DNA of 64,000 nt from Scenedesmus sp. PABB004 (lineage: Eukaryota). The stretch is taken from NCBI GenBank assembly GCA_014905635.1, contig JABVCE010000011.1:434001-498000 (forward strand). The letters are read 5' to 3'. Under the pieces are notes generated by a model, which was not told the DNA's origin, searched no databases, and saw nothing but the letters and a program-made list of their open reading frames with translations. Shown here in pieces: positions 60,301-64,000 of the stretch. The first letter of the stretch is position 1. Each line of letters opens with the position of its first letter. Position numbers and translations under genes: made by a program.

Positions 60301-61969
60301 GGCCGGCGGCGGCGGCGCCGGCAGCGCGGCCTCGGCGGCCACGCCCGGCGGCCTGCCCACGCTGCCGCGGCCCATCAACACGCGTGCGCCCGGCGGCGAG
60401 CTGGGGGCGGCCGCGGCGCCGCCGGCCGGCGGCTTCAGCCTCAGCAGCTATTTTGGGACCACGCCGCGCAGTGCCGGCCCCGGCCGCGCACCCTCGGCCG
60501 GCGCGCTGCTGGACGAGGCCGGCGCCGGCGCCGGCGGCGGCCGCCGCGCGTCGCCGGACCGCCGCGGGCGCGAGCCGCCCTCGCCGGTGCTGCGCGGGCT
60601 GATGACACGCCCCGAGCTGGCGCTGTGCCTGCTCACCGAGGTGCGCCCGCGCCCGCCCACGCCGGCCGATCGGCGAGCAGGCCCGCCGGCGGCGCGCACT
60701 ACGCGCGCGGGCCCTGCGTTGCCCGCCGCGCCCGATGCCCGCTCGCCGTCCGCCCGCCCGCGCGCGCGCCGCCCGCCAGGTCGCGTACGAGCACGACGAG
60801 GACTTTGCCAGCCACCTCGCGCTGCTCTGCCACGTGTCGCTGCTGCTCGCGGACCACGAGGAGCGCCTCGTCGCGTCGGCGGCGGCGGGGCTGCTGGTCC
60901 ACGTGCTCTACTCCCTCACCGCGCGGCACCTCGAGGTCGCGCAGGGCGACGGCCGGCAGCTTGACACCCCGCAGGCGCGCGCGCCGCGCCGCGCGCCGCG
61001 CCGCGCCGCGCGCGGGGGCGGCGGCCGGCCCCTGCGCCCGCCCTGGCCCGCGCCGCGCCGCCGCGCGGGGCCGGCCGGCCGCTCGCCGACGGCGCCGCGC
61101 CGCGCCACGCCGCGCCGCGCCGCGCCGCGCCGCGCCGCGCCGCGCCGCGCCGCGCCGCAGGCCACGCACCTGATCAGGTACCTGCAGGGCATGCGGGGCC
61201 GCCGCCTGTGGGCGTACGAGGACCTGGCGCTGGGCCAGCAGGGCGCGCTGCCCAGCACGGCCGCGCTGGCGGGCCTGGCGCAGCACTGCCTCAGAGCGCT
61301 CTCGTTCGAGCCGGACCTGCCGGCCGCGTGGTGCGGCGTCGCGCTGGACTGGGCGCTGCACGCGCGCAGCCGCCACCTCGCGTGCCGTTCGCAGCAGGTG
61401 CGCGCCGCGCCGGCGGCGGGGAGGCAAGAGGGAGAGGGGGGGGGACATGCGCACACGCACGCGCGCGCGCGCTCGCCGGCAGCGCGCCACGCCCCCGCGC
61501 GCGCCGCCCGCGCCCGGCAGGTGCTGCGCGCGCTGGCGCCGCCCCTCAGCGCCGACATGTGTGCGACGCTGCTGGCGTGCCTGCAGCAGTGCCTCGGCGC
61601 CGCGGAGGGCTCGGGCGTGGCGCGCGAGGTCGCGTTGGAGCTGCTGCTCACGCTGCGCAGCCTGCTGGAGGCGCTGCCGCCGCGCAAGCTGCTCCTATAC
61701 CCCCAGGCCTTCTGGGCGGCGCTGTCGCTGCTGTTCAGCAGCTACGTGCACATCCACCAGCAGGCGCTGCTCCTGCTGCACACCGTCCTCGCGCGGCTGA
61801 CCATGCACGACAGCACGACGCAGAACGTGCTGCTCGCCGCCGCGCCCGCGGCCGACGCGGGGGAGCTGCAGGCGGTGCTCTCGCGCATGGCCCTGGATGA
61901 TGCCGCGGCGGCGGCGGACGGCGGCGGAGGTGTCGGCGCCAAGCCGCCGCCCGCCGGCCCGGGCAAGGC

Positions 61970-62005
<36 letters not shown>

Positions 62006-63409
62006 GGACGCGGCGTCCTCCACGCCCGCCCGACCGGGGCCCCGGCACGCGCGCGCGCAGTCGGTCTGCAGCAGCGCCGCGAGCCTGGTCGGCGGCGTCG
62101 ACGCAGACGGCCGGCCCATGCGCTGGGCGGTCGGCGCGCTGCTGCCGTGGCCCGAGCGCGGCGCGGACGGGCCCGCGCACCACGTGGTGGCGGTGCAGCA
62201 GGCGCTGTTCAAGGGCCTGCTGTTCCCCGACACGCAGCTGCCCACGGTGCGCCTGTTTGCGCTGCTCGCGCGCGGGCTGTGCGAGCTGCCGGCGCCCGCG
62301 GCGGCGGCTCCGCGCGAGCCCGGCGACTGCGAGTGGGGCAGCCACGACCAGGGCTTCTATGAGGGCCTGGCTGGCCCGCCGGCGGCAGGGCCGTGCGCCG
62401 GCATGCCCAGCGGCAGCGCTGCCGGCAGCCGCGCGGCCACCGGCGGCGGTGCGCTGTCGCGCAGCAGCAGCCGCGACGGCCCCGCCGGCGCGGGGCTGCT
62501 CGGCGGCGCCGCCGGCGGGGGCACGCTGGGCCGGCCGCGCAGCGCGCGGGTGGCCAGCTCGCTGCAGCAGGAGCACCTGCTTGCGTCGCACAGCGACGCG
62601 GGGCAGCAGCCGCAGGCGCAGCAGCCGGCGCAGCCGACGCCAGAGGAGCTGGGCGCTCCGGACGGGCCCGGCAACGCGAGCGCGCCGCTGCAGCAGCAGG
62701 ACGAGGACGCCGCGTCGCTGTCGCGCAGCGCGCCCGAGCTGCGCGGCATTGGTGCCGGCGGCCGCGGGGGCAGCGGCGGCGGCGCGCGGCTGCCGCCGGA
62801 CGCGTGGCAGCAGGCCGTGCGCAGCAGCGGCGGCGCGCGGCGGCATCGGGGCAGCAGCGGCGAGGGCCTCAGCAGCAGCTGGGGCGTCTGGTCGCTGCTG
62901 GCGGGCGGCGGCGCGCCGGGTGCGCGCAAGCTGCCGGGCAGCCGCGCGGTGGTGCAGACCCTGCTGGGCCACCGCCACGCGCAGCTGCTGGTCAGCCTGG
63001 CGGCGCTGGTCCCCTTCTTCTGCAGCCAGCTGGGCGAGCTGGAGCCGGACTCGGAGCTGCTGGACGCGCTGCAGGTGCGTGCGCGCACGACCGGCTGGGC
63101 TGGCCGGCGGCGGGCGGCGGCGCGGGGCGAGCGGCTGGGGCGCCGCTGTCCGGAGGGAAGCGAGGGCGCCAGCCTCACGCCCGCCTGCCCTGCCCGCCGC
63201 CTGCCCGGGCGCCGCTCCCTTGCACACACCTGTGTGTGCAGGAGTGCATGGCCACGCTCTCTGCGGCCTGCGCCACCCAGGGCCTGGGCGAGCTTGGCAG
63301 CAGGCTGCAGCAGCTCACCGCCAGCCTCAACGTCAACTGCAGCGCAGCAAGCAGCAGCCCGCAGCAGCGGCAGCCGCCGCACGGCCGGCCAGCGCCCAGG
63401 CTGGCGGCC

Positions 63410-63462
<53 letters not shown>

Positions 63463-64000
63463 TGCCGGCGTCATTGGCGGCAGCACGAGCCAGAGCCTCT
63501 CCGCCGGCGGCTGCTTCCAGCAGCACGGCCCCGACAGCCCCAGCCACGCGGCGCTGGTGCGCCTGCTGCAGGGCCTGTGCAGCGCGATGTCGCGCGCGCT
63601 GCTGCCGACGTTTGGCGAGTGGCTGCTGCGCTTCTGGGTCGGCCTGCTGCTGCTCCCGGGCGCGGCGGCGCTGCACCCCCACGTGCTGCTGCTGCTGCGC
63701 TGCCTCCTGGCGACGCCGGGGCTGGCGCTCGGGCCCGGCGCGGCGCTGCTGTCGGACGGCGCCTTTCTCAGCCCCATTGTCGGCCTCTCGCAGGTGCGGC
63801 GCACCAGCCGGCGCGGCCGGGGCTGGTCGCCCGCGGCCGGCGCGGCCGGGGCTGAGCCGCGCCGCTGCCGCTGCCTGCCGCCGCCGCCGCGCGCAGGGCC
63901 CGCTTTGCCAGCACGCGCTGGACGCGTTGGATGCGATCATGCAGCTCACGCTCACAGCCGGCGCGGAGCAGCAGCAGGCGCAGCAGGCGCCGCAGCAGGG
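51501..64000 (+). CDS. Furry/MOR2/PAG1/Tao3-family cell morphogenesis HEAT/ARM scaffold (truncated at window end)
   Basis: Plant Furry-like peptides LVQALIAWR, FRWLLNAE, KKSQLHHALCEML, GYPLVTVL, LVLYKIVDP, DSYQQFQLQLAEKLARDHPELSEALCEE, LLKSMYYVT, IERLWSTLA, QQTIDHLVYE, SRHLACRSQQV. Confidence 0.92.
61093..61157. repeat. (GCGCC)n pentamer microsatellite at an intron 3' end
   Basis: About a dozen near-perfect units directly before the CAG acceptor. Shorter arrays occur in many introns of the window. Confidence 0.85.
63413..63460 (+). repeat. (CAG)16 encoding a polyglutamine tract in the Furry-like protein
   Basis: 48 nt of pure CAG, in frame with exon ECMATLS...LAAEQQQ. Confidence 0.9.

Noticed and set aside
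1..64000. tRNA, rRNA or prokaryotic operon structure
   Set aside because: None recognisable. The gene structure is spliceosomal throughout.

Overview
Very GC-rich (roughly 80% by eye), intron-rich eukaryotic nuclear DNA from a chlorophyte green alga. The codon bias, short GC-rich introns and TGTAA poly(A) signals fit Sphaeropleales/Selenastraceae (inference). Most long six-frame ORFs are GC artefacts. Splicing by eye gives about 16 genes: an HMA1-type P1B-4 metal ATPase, an f-type thioredoxin, two paralogous F-box/LRR-like genes (one broken), the outer-dynein-arm docking subunit DC1 (ODA3), TMEM115/RBL19, a CbbY-family HAD phosphatase, an orphan helical protein, a Tas-like aldo-keto reductase, a protein with two novel HTH-like repeats, a small Ser-rich protein, a plastid-type multi-SpoVS-like protein, a five-KH RNA-binding protein, PEX2, IFT172 and a Furry/MOR2/Tao3 gene that runs off the right edge. 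The main observations are five. (1) A 507-bp-arm inverted repeat whose loop holds an exon copied from a gene about 4 kb away, with microhomology at all three junctions. (2) The donor of that exon encodes tandem SpoVS/Alba-like domains. (3) The CbbY-family gene has two homologous alternative terminal exons. (4) More than 20 introns use GC donors. (5) Two flagellar genes appear intact. All family calls rest on remembered motifs, not database searches.
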